DNA of 64,000 nt from Candidatus Latescibacterota bacterium (GTDB lineage Bacteria > Latescibacterota > UBA2968 > GCA-2709665): the NCBI GenBank assembly GCA_965219995.1, contig CBDCOX010000002.1, positions 4,608,001 through 4,672,000 of the forward strand. The letters run 5' to 3'. Both the position numbers and the translations under genes were made by a program. This document shows, one piece after another, positions 35,501 to 46,319 of the stretch. Within the stretch, counting starts at the first letter, position 1, and every line of letters begins with the position of its first letter. The notes beneath the pieces are model-generated. The model saw only the letters and a program-made list of their open reading frames with translations, ran no database searches and was not told the origin of the DNA.

Positions 35501-37278
35501 GATTCCCTTCCAAAGCCCTCGACGGGGATTGCCAGCTCCGGTTCGTTCGGATCGTTGCTGTACAGGATGAGTTCGGCCCTCTGCGTGCCCGTCCGTGCCG
35601 GGCGGAAAACGACCTCGAGGCTTTGTATTTGGCCCGACGGGATGCGCAGTGTGTCGCCCAGGCTGACGGAGAACTGTACAGCGTCCGTCAGTTCGGCGCG
35701 GAAGACGGTCAGTACGCCGGCGCCCAGGTTCGCGACGCGGAGGACGGATGGCTGCTCACGGCCGACGTACGTCCGGTCGAACACGATGCGTTCGGGAAAG
35801 GCACCGATGTCCGGCGCCGCGCCGGTACCGGAAAGAGGGACGATGAGGGTGGGACGCCATGGGTCGTCGGTATTGATGGTCAGCGTCCCCTGCACGGGGC
35901 CCTCGTCCGTCGGGCTGAACCCCAACTGGATTTCGACTTCTCCTGCAGGATCGATTTCGATCGGAAATGCGTCCAGTAAGACGAACTCTTCCCGGTCGGT
36001 GTTCGCGCCTGCCACCGTGAGGGTGCGTCGGCCCGCGTTTCCAATGGTGAGGGCGCGCGTCGCCTGATCTTCCACGACGACCGCGCCGAAATCGACACGG
36101 GTGGCGGTAAGACGGAGAACGGGCGATTGAAAGGCGGGGTCGAAGAGTTTGCGGATGCGGCTGTTGCCGGTATCCACGATAAGCAGGTTGCCGTCGGGGT
36201 CGAGGATCACACGGGAGGGCTCCCGGAGTTCGGCGAGCGGGGCGGGCCCACCGTCGCCGGCGGCTCCGAAATTGCCCGTGCCCGCCAGGGTGAAGAGTAT
36301 CCCGGTGCCGGGATCCACGGCGCGGACGCGGTTGTTGCCGGTATCCGAAATATATAGGGTCCCGTCTGCGCCGACGGCCACCCCGCCGGGCAAATCGAGA
36401 CGGGCGTCGGGGGCCGGCCCACCGTCGCCCGAGAAGGCGCCTCCGCCTCCGAAAACGGGCCCGCGGCCGGCCACGGTGGTGATGATGCCCGTTTCCGCGT
36501 CCACACGGCGAATTCGGTAGTTGTTGAAATCGGCGATGAAGATGTTCCCTGAGGCGTCCACCGCAATGTCTTCTACGGTCAGGCCGGCCTCGACCGCCAG
36601 CCCGTCGTCGCCGCCGAACGAGAAATCGCCGTCGCCCGCCAGGGTGGTGATCACGCCGCTGTCCAGATCGATTCTCCGGACCCGGTTGTTCCCTCGGGCC
36701 TGCCCGTCCAACCCGTCCGCGATATAGAGTCCGTCGCGGGGGCCCACGGCCAGCGCGACGATTTCCCCGAATACGGCGGCGGCGGCGGGCCCTCCGTCCC
36801 CGTTGAAACCGAACGTTCCGTTGCCGGCGATGGTAGTAATGGTCCCCGTGACGGCGTCGATACGCCGCACGCGCCGGTTGCCCGTATCGCCGATGTAAAT
36901 GTTGCCGGCCTCGTCAACCACGACACCCTGGGGTCTATCCAGTCGGGCCGCGACGGCGGGCCCCCCGTCTCCCGAAAACCCGGCTTCCCCGGTGCCGGCG
37001 ACGGTCGTGATGCGTCCCGTGACCGCATCCACCCTGCGGATGCGGTGGGTGCCCGTGTCCGCGACGTAGACGTGGCCGTCGGCGTCGGCGGCGGCGCCCA
37101 GGGGGAGGCTCAGGGCGAGATCGGTCGCGGGAATATTCTCGCCTTCCCGGTTGCCTCCGCCGGCAATGGTGATCAGGGTGCCCCGGTCCTGAGCGAACGA
37201 CTCGCCGGCCAGCGCAAAGAGGGCACTGAGGAGAAACAGAGTTTCGCGTGTTTTCCGAAGGAAGCGCATAGATTTCAT
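32548..37278 (-). CDS. Secreted NHL-repeat / Ig (Hydin-like) / FG-GAP-VCBS + ASPIC-UnbV / NHL protein with a C-terminal dockerin-like pair
   Basis: Signal peptide; NHL repeats ([14 protein letters not shown]...YIADTGN.RIR); W.DYDGDGD.DLYV repeats; ASPIC-like segment (GASYLSQ...FGLG...V.WPSG); Pro linker; [13 protein letters not shown]...[13 protein letters not shown]. Confidence 0.85.
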   Translation of the reverse strand: MKSMRFLRKTRETLFLLSALFALAGESFAQDRGTLITIAGGGNREGENIPATDLALSLPLGAAADADGHVYVADTGTHRIRRVDAVTGRITTVAGTGEAGFSGDGGPAVAARLDRPQGVVVDEAGNIYIGDTGNRRVRRIDAVTGTITTIAGNGTFGFNGDGGPAAAAVFGEIVALAVGPRDGLYIADGLDGQARGNNRVRRIDLDSGVITTLAGDGDFSFGGDDGLAVEAGLTVEDIAVDASGNIFIADFNNYRIRRVDAETGIITTVAGRGPVFGGGGAFSGDGGPAPDARLDLPGGVAVGADGTLYISDTGNNRVRAVDPGTGILFTLAGTGNFGAAGDGGPAPLAELREPSRVILDPDGNLLIVDTGNSRIRKLFDPAFQSPVLRLTATRVDFGAVVVEDQATRALTIGNAGRRTLTVAGANTDREEFVLLDAFPIEIDPAGEVEIQLGFSPTDEGPVQGTLTINTDDPWRPTLIVPLSGTGAAPDIGAFPERIVFDRTYVGREQPSVLRVANLGAGVLTVFRAELTDAVQFSVSLGDTLRIPSGQIQSLEVVFRPARTGTQRAELILYSNDPNEPELAIPVEGFGRESMPGGFLDVAGDRGVSDQGASFGAAWADYDGDGDPDLYVVRSLQANLLYRNDGDGFTELARRAGVADEGDGSAAAWADHDGDGDLDLYVTNFGQPNRLYRNDGSVFTEIAAQVGVDDAGDGYGAAWADVEGDGDPDLYVANFGENRFYRNEGGRFVESAAATGLEDANSSLQPAWADYDGDGDADLFLANSGPNRLFRNDGGTFVDAASDAGLEELGLGGPSFGASWGDFDNDMDMDLYVTYFGEGNRLYVNTGGQFEEASSSFNVAGPDTVDSRGAVWGDFDNDGDLDLYVSNAGEKNNLFRNDGGTFNDVAESFRVAVGANSRGVALADFDGDGGLDIFLAVQDGADRLFLNQEFNGNWLAVRPRATRSSSDAIGTRLEIAFDGTSAIREITGGASYLSQDALTAAFGLGDADRVDTLTVRWPSGIAQRLRNIPANTVLDLTETAPPPPVRVALDAVVPLLAANGEAQTRLRARILDARNEVALVNNRRLVFNVSSGDGAFVGGDTAMVRDGLASVLFQAGTTPGDVSATARFGNLPPGEVRISLLPPIGPDHTSIRTLAGTGGSQGGFGGDGGPAVQAFLNGPRGVSVTAAGVLYVADSGNNRVRRVGADGTINTIAGDGIGISIGTGGPAVEASLGDPRGLALLPGGDLIIGELSGHIVRRFDLASENIVAFAGRDIPGYGGDGRAAVDANLSGPVGIASDPLGNVWIAERFNHRVRKVGAGGIISTVAGSFEAGYAGDGDQATAAALNAPQGVAADGGGRLFIADTENHRIRMVDTEGVITTVAGTGEAGYSGDGGPGATAILNGPVDVAVDNNGYLYIADTGNHRIRVLDLNLGIIQTVAGTGTPEFNRADGPGTETSLNSPSGLATDPDGGVYIADTNNNSILQLTVEFPPEYHRESPPDPPPPPPPPPPADGAADFNGDGAVDFADFILFARAYGTADMRFDLDGNGTVGFGDFIAFVNAFERTPPSTRFRPGSRF

Positions 37279-37320
37279 CGGGACGATTACGTGTTGGGTT
37301 TCGCCCGGGAGACGACCGGT

Positions 37321-38322
37321 TCAACGCCCTTCGAAGAGGTCCCGACCCTTGACCAGGGCTTCGATCTTACGGTCGGCAACGCTGCGTTGGAGCATCCAGA
37401 AACCGCAATCGGGATGGACGCAGGCGATGCGTTCAGAACCGATCAGTCGGGCCGCGTCTTCGATGTCCGACGCAATTTCGTCAGGCGTCTCCACAACATT
37501 GCTCTTTATGTCGATCACACCGATCCCGATACGAACGGATTCGGGAACGTCTTTCAGACATTCGGCGTGTTCGATGCCCCAGCGTTTGAATTCGAGCACC
37601 AGATGGTCCGCCCTCAGTGCGGCGAGATATGGGATCAGCTCCTGCCATGTCCCGTGCTGAACGGTCTGGCCGCCGTAATTCCCGAAACAGACGTGTACGG
37701 CTTTTTCATTCGGAACGGCGTCGAGCACAATGTTCGCCGCCCTCGCGGCCCATGAGGCTTCTTCAGGGTGACCGGGAATATTGGCCTCGTCGATCTGTAT
37801 CACGTCCGCGTCGACGTCGGCAACCTGTCTGGCGAGGACTTCGCCCAGCGCCAGGGCCGCGGCTTCCGGGGTCCCATAACAACGATCCATGAGGACTTTG
37901 CTGAGCATGTGCGGCCCGGTGAGGGTGAACTTGATCGTGGACCGGGTCAGTGGCCGGACCGTCCGGAAGTCCGCGGGCAGATTGAGCGAACCCTCGTCCA
38001 GTTCGCGTTCGATCATGCCCGCGGGGTCCGCGCGGTAGGAGAGGCCGGCCTCCGCGCGAAATGCATTCAGGTCCTCACGCCCGAGTCGGGTCGTGATCCC
38101 TCCCAATCTTCGCGCGAAATAGTCAATCATGCCGTTGGTTTCGGGATGATTGACGTCGAACCGGCAGAGTTCGCCGTCTGCGACAACGTCGATTCCCGCG
38201 TCTTCCTGGGTCTTCAACACGACACGAATGGCATCGATCAGCGTCTGCCGGGAGGGAGAGGTCCGCAGCCAGTCCGGTACGGGATAGCTTCCAACGACGG
38301 AGGTGAGAATGCGGTGGGGCAT
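37321..38322 (-). CDS. Cobalamin-independent methionine synthase II family protein (MetE C-terminal/core type)
   Basis: VGSYPVP, QEDAGIDVVADGE, TGPHML, QIDE, HVCFGN, GVIDIK, VHPDCGF. Confidence 0.85.
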   Translation of the reverse strand: MPHRILTSVVGSYPVPDWLRTSPSRQTLIDAIRVVLKTQEDAGIDVVADGELCRFDVNHPETNGMIDYFARRLGGITTRLGREDLNAFRAEAGLSYRADPAGMIERELDEGSLNLPADFRTVRPLTRSTIKFTLTGPHMLSKVLMDRCYGTPEAAALALGEVLARQVADVDADVIQIDEANIPGHPEEASWAARAANIVLDAVPNEKAVHVCFGNYGGQTVQHGTWQELIPYLAALRADHLVLEFKRWGIEHAECLKDVPESVRIGIGVIDIKSNVVETPDEIASDIEDAARLIGSERIACVHPDCGFWMLQRSVADRKIEALVKGRDLFEGR

Positions 38323-38370
38323 GGTTCAGGGTTTCATGGGGAATCCACGACAGATCACGCGCGTAAGGAT

Positions 38371-39570
38371 TCACTGTCGCCGGGTTGTCGGGGTTCTCAG
38401 TTCCTGGCGGATCGCCTCCAGCCTGCTGCGGTTTGCCGGATCGGGACTCCGGACCGCTTCGAGCAGGAACACGACCAGAATGCTCAGAAGCAGGCTCAGA
38501 CCGGCGGCCGTAACGACCATCAGCGCGCGCCGGGGCCGGCTCCGGAAATCGGGCGGCACGGCCGGGTCCAGAACCACGACCACGGATGTTTCCTTTTTCT
38601 CTTCGAAACTGCTTTTCTCGTATTCCTGCAGCACGAATTGATAGATGAGGTTACGGATCTCCATCTCCCGCATGTGACGCAGGGCCTGGAGGCCCAGGTC
38701 GGGAATCCGGTCCATCGGCAGCATGATGTCCGGCAGATCGCGTGCCGCGCGGACGCTGCTGTCGGGGCGCACCCCCCCCAGGATGCCGTCCAGCGCCTCT
38801 TTCGCGCCCTCGATTTCGATATCGAGTTGTCTGACTCTGCTGTTGTCGGGATTCATCTGAAGAGCGGCGATTTCGCGGCGGATGATCATTTCACCCAGCG
38901 TCGATGTGATCAGGGAGGAGTAGGCGTCGATCTGCGCCTTGGTCTGGCTCTCGACGTCGATGGCCGAATGTTCCTTCTGAAACGCATTGTAGGCCTGTTC
39001 CGCCTCGATCACGCTCCTTTCTGCCTGGGCGAGCCGTTTTTCCAGGTACCTGCGGAGGTCGCGCGCCTGCTGTTCGCGTCGGTGCCGCAGCGCAAGATCG
39101 AGTTCCTCGACAAAGGCATTGGCGATTTCGGCGGCCCGTTCCGGAGTTTCGGCCTCGTAGGATACGGTCAGGAACTGTTCCCGCGAAAGTTCCACTTCCA
39201 GCCTGTCGTCGACCATCTGGAGGAGTTCCTCGCGAGTATCGACCTGGTACGCTTCCTGTAGATTGAACCGGCGGATGATCGCTTCGGCCACCCGCTGGCT
39301 CTTGAGGACAGGTACGAATTCCGTAGCCGAAACCCCGCTTTCCCCCATGCCCAGCATACCTACCGGCAGTTTTTCGAGAATGGCGGAGATACCCAGCGTT
39401 CCCTGGCTCTCGCTGGGCGGAAAGAGGACGGCGCTCGTACGGTAGACCGGGGTCATGATCAGACTGACCCCCGCCGTCGCGACCGATACGGTGAGGCAGG
39501 TCACGAGTATCGTTCGTCGCCAGCGGACGAGGACGGCCAGATGGTCGAGGAAGTTCTTTTGGCGTTCCAT
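38371..39570 (-). CDS. Polysaccharide chain-length determinant (Wzz/GumC-like)
   Basis: N- and C-terminal TM helices, PVYRTSAVLFPP, coiled coil, VLDPAVPP..RSRPRR; TAATG coupling to the upstream gene fixes the start at 39570. Confidence 0.85.
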   Translation of the reverse strand: MERQKNFLDHLAVLVRWRRTILVTCLTVSVATAGVSLIMTPVYRTSAVLFPPSESQGTLGISAILEKLPVGMLGMGESGVSATEFVPVLKSQRVAEAIIRRFNLQEAYQVDTREELLQMVDDRLEVELSREQFLTVSYEAETPERAAEIANAFVEELDLALRHRREQQARDLRRYLEKRLAQAERSVIEAEQAYNAFQKEHSAIDVESQTKAQIDAYSSLITSTLGEMIIRREIAALQMNPDNSRVRQLDIEIEGAKEALDGILGGVRPDSSVRAARDLPDIMLPMDRIPDLGLQALRHMREMEIRNLIYQFVLQEYEKSSFEEKKETSVVVVLDPAVPPDFRSRPRRALMVVTAAGLSLLLSILVVFLLEAVRSPDPANRSRLEAIRQELRTPTTRRQ

Positions 39571-41249
39571 TAACGGCTGATGCTCCGTACCGCGATGACC
39601 AGTGCGGCCACCTGTGAAAGTACGACCAGGGTCTCGCGAAAGAGGCGCCAGCCGTGTACGGGTTTCCTGCCCATGACGAAAATCGTGTCTCCGGGATTGA
39701 CCTGTTGAATCCTGGAGGCTTTGGTCCAATTTCCGGTACTGCCCTGTATCACGTATATCTCGCCTTTCTCGGCCTGTTCATTCAACCCGCCGGCCCTGCT
39801 GATGTAGTCCTGAACGCCGAGATGCGGTTCGTAGGGAATTGCGCCGGGGGTGATGACGTATCCATTGACCGCAACCGAGGGGACCAGCCTCGGTATCCGG
39901 ACGATATCTCCGTCCCTGAGCAGAATGTTCTGGGAATCGTCCTTTTTCTCGAAAAGAGCGGCGAAGTCCACCGGCAGGCGCCCCGACATCTGCTGTTTCT
40001 GCATGGCCACATAGGTCCGCTGGGCGTCGGTCAGGCTGATGGGGCCAACGCTCTGCAATTGCTTCGGACCGGCGACGCCTTTCGGAAATTCGACGCGGCG
40101 GACCACGATGGATTGGGCGAGAGAGGCTTTGGACGTGAATCCGCCGGCCTTCCGGATCAGTTCTCTCAGTGTTATCCCCGAACCGATGAAATAGGACCCG
40201 GGGAAGTAGACTTCGCCCTCCACGGTGACCCGGCGCTCCTTTATAGCCACGTGGAGCTTGTCCCCGGCGCGCAGGGGCAGGTTGGCATCCGCGTCGCCGG
40301 CCAGCGCACGCGAGAGCCGGACGGCGTTCCGTTCTTCGCGCCCTTCCGCGAAGAACGTACGGAGCAGTTCGGCGCTGGCGGTGGCGGCATCGCCGTTCAA
40401 CCCCCCCGCGAGAGCAACCAGATCGGAAACGCGGTCCCCGGGGATGAATTCGTAGCTACCGGGCTTGTAGACCGCGCCTGCGACACGCACGGAGTCCACC
40501 AGCGCGGGCACGAAGATCTGGTCTCCATCCAGCAGGAAGGGATTGTGCGCGATATCGCCGGAAAGCCGCCACAGCGCGAGGTCCGCCCTGCGCTCCGTAT
40601 CCATCGGCCTGCCGTGTTCGGAGAGCCGCTGAATCCGGATGTTCCGGCGCGAAGCCCTGCCGTCCGGAGGTTTGAGCAGCCCGCCTGCCTGGCTGATGAG
40701 CTCGGAAACCTGTTCGGTTCCTTCGACCATGTACGTGCCGGGATGCACCACATGGCCGACGACGTTGACCGGAAAACTGCGCAGCCGCGCAAGAGAGATC
40801 TGGATATCGAGCTGGTTCAGGCGCTCGCTGACCGCGTCCCGGATCTTCCGCCGGCACGCGCCAAGGTCGAGTCCGGCCAGCTGGATGGCGCCCACGTACG
40901 GAATCACCAGTTTGCCTTCCGCGCCAACGAGAATGGGGAGCGTGACGGGTTCCTCGCCGGCCTCGATATGGATGCTGAAGGTATCGCCGGGACCGACGAT
41001 GTAGCGCTCGGAACGAATGATCGCGTCGTAAGCGATCTTTCCGATCCATTTCACGTCCAGACCTTGCATCTCGTCAGACTGAAGCGATGCGCCGATCGAT
41101 TTGCGGTCTGACCTTCGCCGTCCCACGTCCCGTCCCGGGCGTGATTGCGCGAATACGATGACGGGTTCGGAGATCAGCCACACGACAAGCGCGACCGCAA
41201 CCAGACGAAAGGCGAGAGACGGACTGCGATAGGAGAAAAACCCGGTCAT
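39570..41249 (-). CDS. Polysaccharide export protein with SLBB domains (Wza/KpsD-like)
   Basis: YIVGPGD, EGKLVIPYVGAI, repeated V.G.V..PG.Y.....V.DLI..AGG and L..GD.I.VP. Confidence 0.88.
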   Translation of the reverse strand: MTGFFSYRSPSLAFRLVAVALVVWLISEPVIVFAQSRPGRDVGRRRSDRKSIGASLQSDEMQGLDVKWIGKIAYDAIIRSERYIVGPGDTFSIHIEAGEEPVTLPILVGAEGKLVIPYVGAIQLAGLDLGACRRKIRDAVSERLNQLDIQISLARLRSFPVNVVGHVVHPGTYMVEGTEQVSELISQAGGLLKPPDGRASRRNIRIQRLSEHGRPMDTERRADLALWRLSGDIAHNPFLLDGDQIFVPALVDSVRVAGAVYKPGSYEFIPGDRVSDLVALAGGLNGDAATASAELLRTFFAEGREERNAVRLSRALAGDADANLPLRAGDKLHVAIKERRVTVEGEVYFPGSYFIGSGITLRELIRKAGGFTSKASLAQSIVVRRVEFPKGVAGPKQLQSVGPISLTDAQRTYVAMQKQQMSGRLPVDFAALFEKKDDSQNILLRDGDIVRIPRLVPSVAVNGYVITPGAIPYEPHLGVQDYISRAGGLNEQAEKGEIYVIQGSTGNWTKASRIQQVNPGDTIFVMGRKPVHGWRLFRETLVVLSQVAALVIAVRSISR

Positions 41250-42148
41250 TCCGTGGTAGTCCCGTCTTTATCGACATAAAGGACGGCAGTGTCGACCTCC
41301 ATGTTCTGTCGCGACCAGGCTTCTTTCATGGCTGTCGCAATTTTCGGAGCGTCGTCTGTCGCAAACGCCAGCAACGTGGGGCCGGCGCCGCTGAGGCATG
41401 CGCCCATGGCTCCCGCTTCCGCGGCTGCCTCGAGTACTTCCTCAATTCCCGGCACGAGTGAAGCCCGGTAGGGCTGATGGAGGCGGTCGCGCATTGCGGT
41501 TTTTAAGGCATGAAGTTCCCCGCTCATCAGCGCCGCCGTCACCAGGCACGCGCGGCCCACGTTGAAGACCGCGTCCCGGTGCGGCACCTGTTCCGGCAGG
41601 GCCGCTCGCGCAGCTTCCGTTTCGAGTTCGAATCGGGGAACCGCAACCACCGCGCGAAGTTCCCGGGGCGGCAGGGACCGGATCGTTTCGACCCGACCGT
41701 TTTCATGGGAACAGACGACCAGACCGCCCAGGAGGCACGGGGCGACGTTGTCGGGATGGCCTTCCAGTTCCGTGGCGAGGTCGAGAAGGGCGGGTTCGGA
41801 AAAGGGTTCTCCCATCAGCAGATTGGCCGTATAAACTCCGGCTACGATCGCGGTGGAACTGCTGCCCAGGCCTCGGGAGAGCGGAATACCGTTTTGCATC
41901 TCCACTTCCAGGCGCGGCAGGGACCGGCCTGCGCGCTGTGCGGCCACGTCGACCGACCGGAAGAAGAGGTTGGATTCGTCCACGGGGAGCTTCCCGGCGC
42001 CTTCCCCGGTGATGCGCATCCTGCGATGCCCGTCACCGGCCACCGTCCGGACCGCAACCCGGTTGTAGACGGTCAGCGCAAGGCCGAGGGCGTCGAAGCC
42101 GGGCCCCAGGTTGGACGTGGAGCCGGGCGTTCTCAGGCGTATTTCCAT
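41246..42148 (-). CDS. thrB: Homoserine kinase
   Basis: STSNLGPGFDALGLAL, IPLSRGLGSSS, EGHPDNVAP, DRLHQPYR, LSGAGPT. Confidence 0.95.
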   Translation of the reverse strand: MEIRLRTPGSTSNLGPGFDALGLALTVYNRVAVRTVAGDGHRRMRITGEGAGKLPVDESNLFFRSVDVAAQRAGRSLPRLEVEMQNGIPLSRGLGSSSTAIVAGVYTANLLMGEPFSEPALLDLATELEGHPDNVAPCLLGGLVVCSHENGRVETIRSLPPRELRAVVAVPRFELETEAARAALPEQVPHRDAVFNVGRACLVTAALMSGELHALKTAMRDRLHQPYRASLVPGIEEVLEAAAEAGAMGACLSGAGPTLLAFATDDAPKIATAMKEAWSRQNMEVDTAVLYVDKDGTTTE

Positions 42149-43251
42149 TCCATCTCTCTGACCAGTTCCGCACAGACGAGATCCGCCAGCAGAAGTCCCC
42201 GGCGGGTGAGGCGGACCCTGCCCTCTCTCCGTTCCAGGAGATGATCGGGAATCAGGGCGATCGATCTGCCCGCCGTGTCCAGTAGCGACTCGGGAATGCC
42301 ACTGGTTCGGCGGAGGCCAAGCATCACCTGTTCCAGGCGCCTGTCGCGGGAGGAAATAACCTCCTCCCCTTCAACGGCGGCGCCCGAGGATTCCACACTC
42401 CCTATATACGCCATGAGGGGGCGGATGTTCCAGGTCCGGCGGTCGTTGAAGAAAGAATGGGCCGAAAGCCCGATGCCAAGGTACGCGCGTCTTTCCCAGC
42501 AGGCGATATTGTGGCGGCATGCAAACCCGGGTTTCGCGAAGTTCGAGACTTCGTACTGAACGAAACCGGCCTCGCACAGCTTCTCCTGCGCGGTCTCGTA
42601 CATCTCGGCCTGAACATCCTCGTGAGGCAGCGGCAGGCGGTCTTCTTTCATTTTGCGACCAAATGCCGTGCCGGGTTCGATGGTAAGCCCGTACACGGAG
42701 ACGTGCTCGGGCCCAAGGTCGATGGCTCGATCCAGGGTCTGTCCCCAGGCGTGAGCCGTCTGTCGCGGCGCGGAGAACATCAGGTCGATATTGATATTTC
42801 CGAAGCCGGCCCGGCGTGCGGCGCCGGCGGCCGCTGCGGCGTCGGCAACGGTATGATGCCTGCCCAGGGCCCGGAGCGTTGGGTTGTCCAGGGCCTGTAC
42901 GCCCAGGCTGAGCCGGTTGACGCCCATGGCCGCCATTTCCGGAAACCGCGAATGGTCCTCCGGGTTGGCTTCAGCGGTAATCTCCGCTGCCGGCGCGATG
43001 TGCGACAGTGAGCCGGCAGCGTCAAGGATCCTGCGCAACGACTGCGGCGACACTTCGGAAGGCGTGCCGCCGCCGAAATAGACCGTATCGAAGACCGTAC
43101 GTCCGCCCATCCCGGGTAGACGCGCCCGAACCTCGCGGATGACCGCGTCCGTATATCGTTCCGCCAGGTGCGTCTTGCCCACGTAAAAGGCGAAATCGCA
43201 ATAAGGACACCGGGACTTGCAGAACGGAACGTGGATATAGAGACCGGACAT
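42133..43251 (-). CDS. hemW: Radical SAM heme chaperone HemW
   Basis: LYIHVPFCKSRCPYCDF, YFGGGTPS, EANP, NRLSLGVQ, YEVSNFA, HN..YW-like motif. Confidence 0.9.
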   Translation of the reverse strand: MSGLYIHVPFCKSRCPYCDFAFYVGKTHLAERYTDAVIREVRARLPGMGGRTVFDTVYFGGGTPSEVSPQSLRRILDAAGSLSHIAPAAEITAEANPEDHSRFPEMAAMGVNRLSLGVQALDNPTLRALGRHHTVADAAAAAGAARRAGFGNINIDLMFSAPRQTAHAWGQTLDRAIDLGPEHVSVYGLTIEPGTAFGRKMKEDRLPLPHEDVQAEMYETAQEKLCEAGFVQYEVSNFAKPGFACRHNIACWERRAYLGIGLSAHSFFNDRRTWNIRPLMAYIGSVESSGAAVEGEEVISSRDRRLEQVMLGLRRTSGIPESLLDTAGRSIALIPDHLLERREGRVRLTRRGLLLADLVCAELVREMEWKYA

Positions 43252-43443
43252 AAGGCAACCGGAAGCAGCAAGAGCAGCCATCAGCTCTCAGCCGTCAGCC
43301 TGAATCAAAGACCCAATCGGTTGACGTCGGCGTCGTGAAGAGGCAGCGCCGGAAAAGGCCCGGCGACACGGGATGATTCGACGGATGAATGGTGACCTGT
43401 AACCGGCACCGAACACAAGAACGGATGGAACCGTGAGTCGTCG

Positions 43444-44205
43444 TCACTTGACCGTCCGCCCGATACGGCTCCATCGTGCGCGCCCGAACCCGTGTATCAG
43501 GTTGTATAAGGCCATTTTGGGAATGGAAAGGATGTTCTCGAACTTCGGCGCCTCGGGATCAGGCGCCCACGACCAGTAGATGATGTTCGCTTGCGCCCGG
43601 ATCCGCTCTTTCTCCAGAAAGCTCCAGTACCGGCTGTCCTCGCTGTTGTCCCGGTTGTCTCCCATCACGAAATAATGCCCCTCGGGGACTCTCCTGAGGC
43701 GCATGTTGTCGCGAACGCCGCCGGGGGACGAAACGGGCAGGATGACGGGATCCACGTATTTGGACAGCGGCGGATCGATCGTGCGCTTTCCGTCCACGTA
43801 GAGGATCTTGTCGCGGATTTCGACCTCCTGGCCGGGCACGGCCACCACACGTTTGATAAAGTCCCTGGCCGGGTTTCTCGGGTACTCGAAAATGATGATA
43901 TCCCCGGGTTCGGGATCTCTGAATCCTGGTAGCCGTGCCTCCGTAAACGGAATTCTGGCGCCGTAGACGATTTTGTTCGCCAGAAGAAAGTCGCCCACCA
44001 GAAGCGTGTTTTCCATGGAGCCCGTGGGAATGCTGAAGGCCTGAATCACAAAGGTTCTCAGAAAGAGCGCCAGGGCAACGGCCACCAGAATGGCTTCGAG
44101 GTATTCTCTGGCCACGGATTTCTTTCCTCGGCGCGTTCTTCCTTTACGCGCCTTCCGGGTCGGGGCCTTTTTTGCAGCCCGCGTGCGTCGTGCGGATTTG
44201 CCCAT
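43444..44205 (-). CDS. lepB: Signal peptidase I
   Basis: IPTGSMENTLLVGD, FIKRVVAVPG, YFVMGDNRDNSEDSRYW. Confidence 0.95.
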   Translation of the reverse strand: MGKSARRTRAAKKAPTRKARKGRTRRGKKSVAREYLEAILVAVALALFLRTFVIQAFSIPTGSMENTLLVGDFLLANKIVYGARIPFTEARLPGFRDPEPGDIIIFEYPRNPARDFIKRVVAVPGQEVEIRDKILYVDGKRTIDPPLSKYVDPVILPVSSPGGVRDNMRLRRVPEGHYFVMGDNRDNSEDSRYWSFLEKERIRAQANIIYWSWAPDPEAPKFENILSIPKMALYNLIHGFGRARWSRIGRTVK

Positions 44206-44238
44206 TTTTCCGGTATCGTCGCTCGGCTGATGTACGCT

Positions 44239-46038
44239 TTACATTTCCATGCGAAGGACGGCGAGGAATGCTTCCTGGGGGATTTCAATGTTTCCCACCT
44301 GCTTCATCCTTCGTTTCCCTTCTCTCTGTCTTTCCAGGAGTTTTCGCTTTCTGGTCACGTCGCCGCCGTAACACTTGGCGGTGACGTTCTTGCGGAACGG
44401 ACGTACCGACGTCCTGGAGATGACTTTCCTGCCGATGGCGGCCTGGATGACGACCTCGAACATCTGTCTCGGGATAAGTTCCTTGAGTCTGGAGCAGATC
44501 GCCCTTCCCCAGTCGTAAGCCTTGTCCCGATGGACAACGGCGGACAGAGCGTCCACGGGGTCTTCGTTGATGAGGAGGTCCAGCTTGACCAGGTCGGCGG
44601 ACCGGTGCTCCCTGTACTCGTAATCGAACGATGCATACCCTCGCGTAACGGATTTCAGGCGGTCATAGAAGTCGAGTACGATTTCGGACAGGGGAAGTTC
44701 GTAACGCAGCAGGGCGCGCGCCGGATCCACGAATTCCGTGGTAATATAGATTCCGCGGCGGTCCTGGGCAACCTGCATGGCCGCGCCGATGTATTCGGAA
44801 GGTACCAGAATCTGGGCGTTGAGGACGGGTTCCGCGATTTCGTCGATCTGAACGGCGGCAGGCATCTCGGCGGGGTTGTGCACGATTTCGACGTCCCCGT
44901 TCGTGAGCAGAACCTCGTATTCCACGTTGGGCACGGTGGTAATGATTTCCATGTCGAATTCGCGGGCGAGACGTTCCTGCACGATCTCCATATGAAGCAG
45001 GCCCAGGAAGCCGCATCGAAAGCCGAATCCCAGGGCCGTCGACGTCTCCGGCTCGAAACGAAGCGACGCGTCGTTCAGGCGCAGTTTCTCCAGGGCGGTC
45101 CGGAGGTCGGTGTAGTCCTCCGCGTCGACGGGGTAGACGCCGGAAAATACCATGGGTTTGACTTCCTGGTACCCGGGCAGCGGTTTGCCGGCCGGCTGGC
45201 TGGACCCGGTAACGGTGTCGCCCATGTGGAGCTCTTCGAGGTCCTTCACGCCAGCGATGAGATAGCCGACTTCTCCGGCCTGCAGCGTGCGCGTCTTGAT
45301 GCGTTTCAGTTTGAGGACGCCGATTTCTTCGGCCTCGAACTGGCGACCGGTTGAGAAAAAGCGGATGGGCATGTCGGTCCGGAGGCTTCCCTGGAAGACC
45401 CGGATGGAGGCGACGGCGCCCCGGTACCGGTCGAAGATGGAGTCGAAGATCAGGGCCTGGAGGGCCGCGTCGGGATCGCCCTTTGGCGGCGGAATCCGTT
45501 CGATGATCGCCTGCAGCAGGGCTTCGACGCCCACACCCTGTTTGGCGCTGATTTTATGGATATCGGATTCCTCGACACCCAGAAGATCGTGGATCTGCAG
45601 GACCACCCGGTCCACGTCGACGTTGGGCAGATCGATCTTGTTGATGACCGGGATAATCTCGAGGTCCTGGTCCAGCGCGAGGAGCACGTTGCTGATCGTC
45701 TGCGCCTCCACGCCCTGCGCGGCGTCGACCAGGATAAGGGCGCCTTCACAGGCGGCCAGGCTTCTCGATACCTCGTACGAAAAGTCGACGTGTCCCGGCG
45801 TGTCGATGAGGTTGAGGATATACTGCTGACCGTTTGAAGACCGGTAGTCCATCCGTACGGCGTGGGACTTGATGGTGATGCCGCGCTCCCGTTCCAGGTC
45901 CATATCGTCCAGGACCTGGTCCATCATCTCGTTTCGCGACAGCGTCGAAGTCGTTTCCAGGAGGCGGTCCGCCAGGGTCGATTTGCCGTGGTCGATGTGG
46001 GCGATGATGCAGAAGTTTCGGATGTTCCGGGTATTCAT
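44239..46038 (-). CDS. lepA: Translation elongation factor 4
   Basis: NIRNFCIIAHIDHGKSTLADR, ERERGITIK, GFRCGFLGLLHMEI, KCYGGDVTRKRKLLE. Confidence 0.97.
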   Translation of the reverse strand: MNTRNIRNFCIIAHIDHGKSTLADRLLETTSTLSRNEMMDQVLDDMDLERERGITIKSHAVRMDYRSSNGQQYILNLIDTPGHVDFSYEVSRSLAACEGALILVDAAQGVEAQTISNVLLALDQDLEIIPVINKIDLPNVDVDRVVLQIHDLLGVEESDIHKISAKQGVGVEALLQAIIERIPPPKGDPDAALQALIFDSIFDRYRGAVASIRVFQGSLRTDMPIRFFSTGRQFEAEEIGVLKLKRIKTRTLQAGEVGYLIAGVKDLEELHMGDTVTGSSQPAGKPLPGYQEVKPMVFSGVYPVDAEDYTDLRTALEKLRLNDASLRFEPETSTALGFGFRCGFLGLLHMEIVQERLAREFDMEIITTVPNVEYEVLLTNGDVEIVHNPAEMPAAVQIDEIAEPVLNAQILVPSEYIGAAMQVAQDRRGIYITTEFVDPARALLRYELPLSEIVLDFYDRLKSVTRGYASFDYEYREHRSADLVKLDLLINEDPVDALSAVVHRDKAYDWGRAICSRLKELIPRQMFEVVIQAAIGRKVISRTSVRPFRKNVTAKCYGGDVTRKRKLLERQREGKRRMKQVGNIEIPQEAFLAVLRMEM

Positions 46039-46110
46039 CGTCCGGGCGCTCTCCAATTGGTGGCAACTTCAAAAAATTCAACCGTCTACACGTTGTATAT
46101 TGAAGGTTAG

Positions 46111-46139
46111 AATATACTCTGTTCGAGGTTTGAAGTCAA
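46111..46139 (-). promoter_or_regulatory. sigma70-like promoter of the lepA operon
   Basis: TTGACT-17-TATATT. Confidence 0.6.
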
Positions 46140-46162
46140 CCGCGTAACCCGAATCGCCCCGG

Positions 46163-46206
46163 CGCCCTGAGCCGCTCCCTGAGCTTGTCGAAGGGTCGGC
46201 GAAGGA
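46163..46206 (+). repeat. CCCTGAGCTTGTCGAAGGG repeat family (nested)
   Basis: Also at about 48947-49014 and 49399-49467. Confidence 0.7.
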
Positions 46207-46234
46207 CGTTGGGGGCTTCTGGGGTCTAAAGAGT

Positions 46235-46264
46235 TTGACATGGCGGGAAATCCGTCGGTATATT
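46235..46264 (+). promoter_or_regulatory. sigma70-like promoter
   Basis: TTGACA-18-TATATT upstream of the gene at 46320. Confidence 0.55.
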
Positions 46265-46319
46265 TCGAGAACAACCCGTCGGTTTCGTGCATGGTCCTGA
46301 AGTTGGGAGATCCGGCATC

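Noticed and set aside
37768-41111. 497-aa and 485-aa plus-strand ORFs
   Set aside because: Shadows of the metE-like, wzz and SLBB genes
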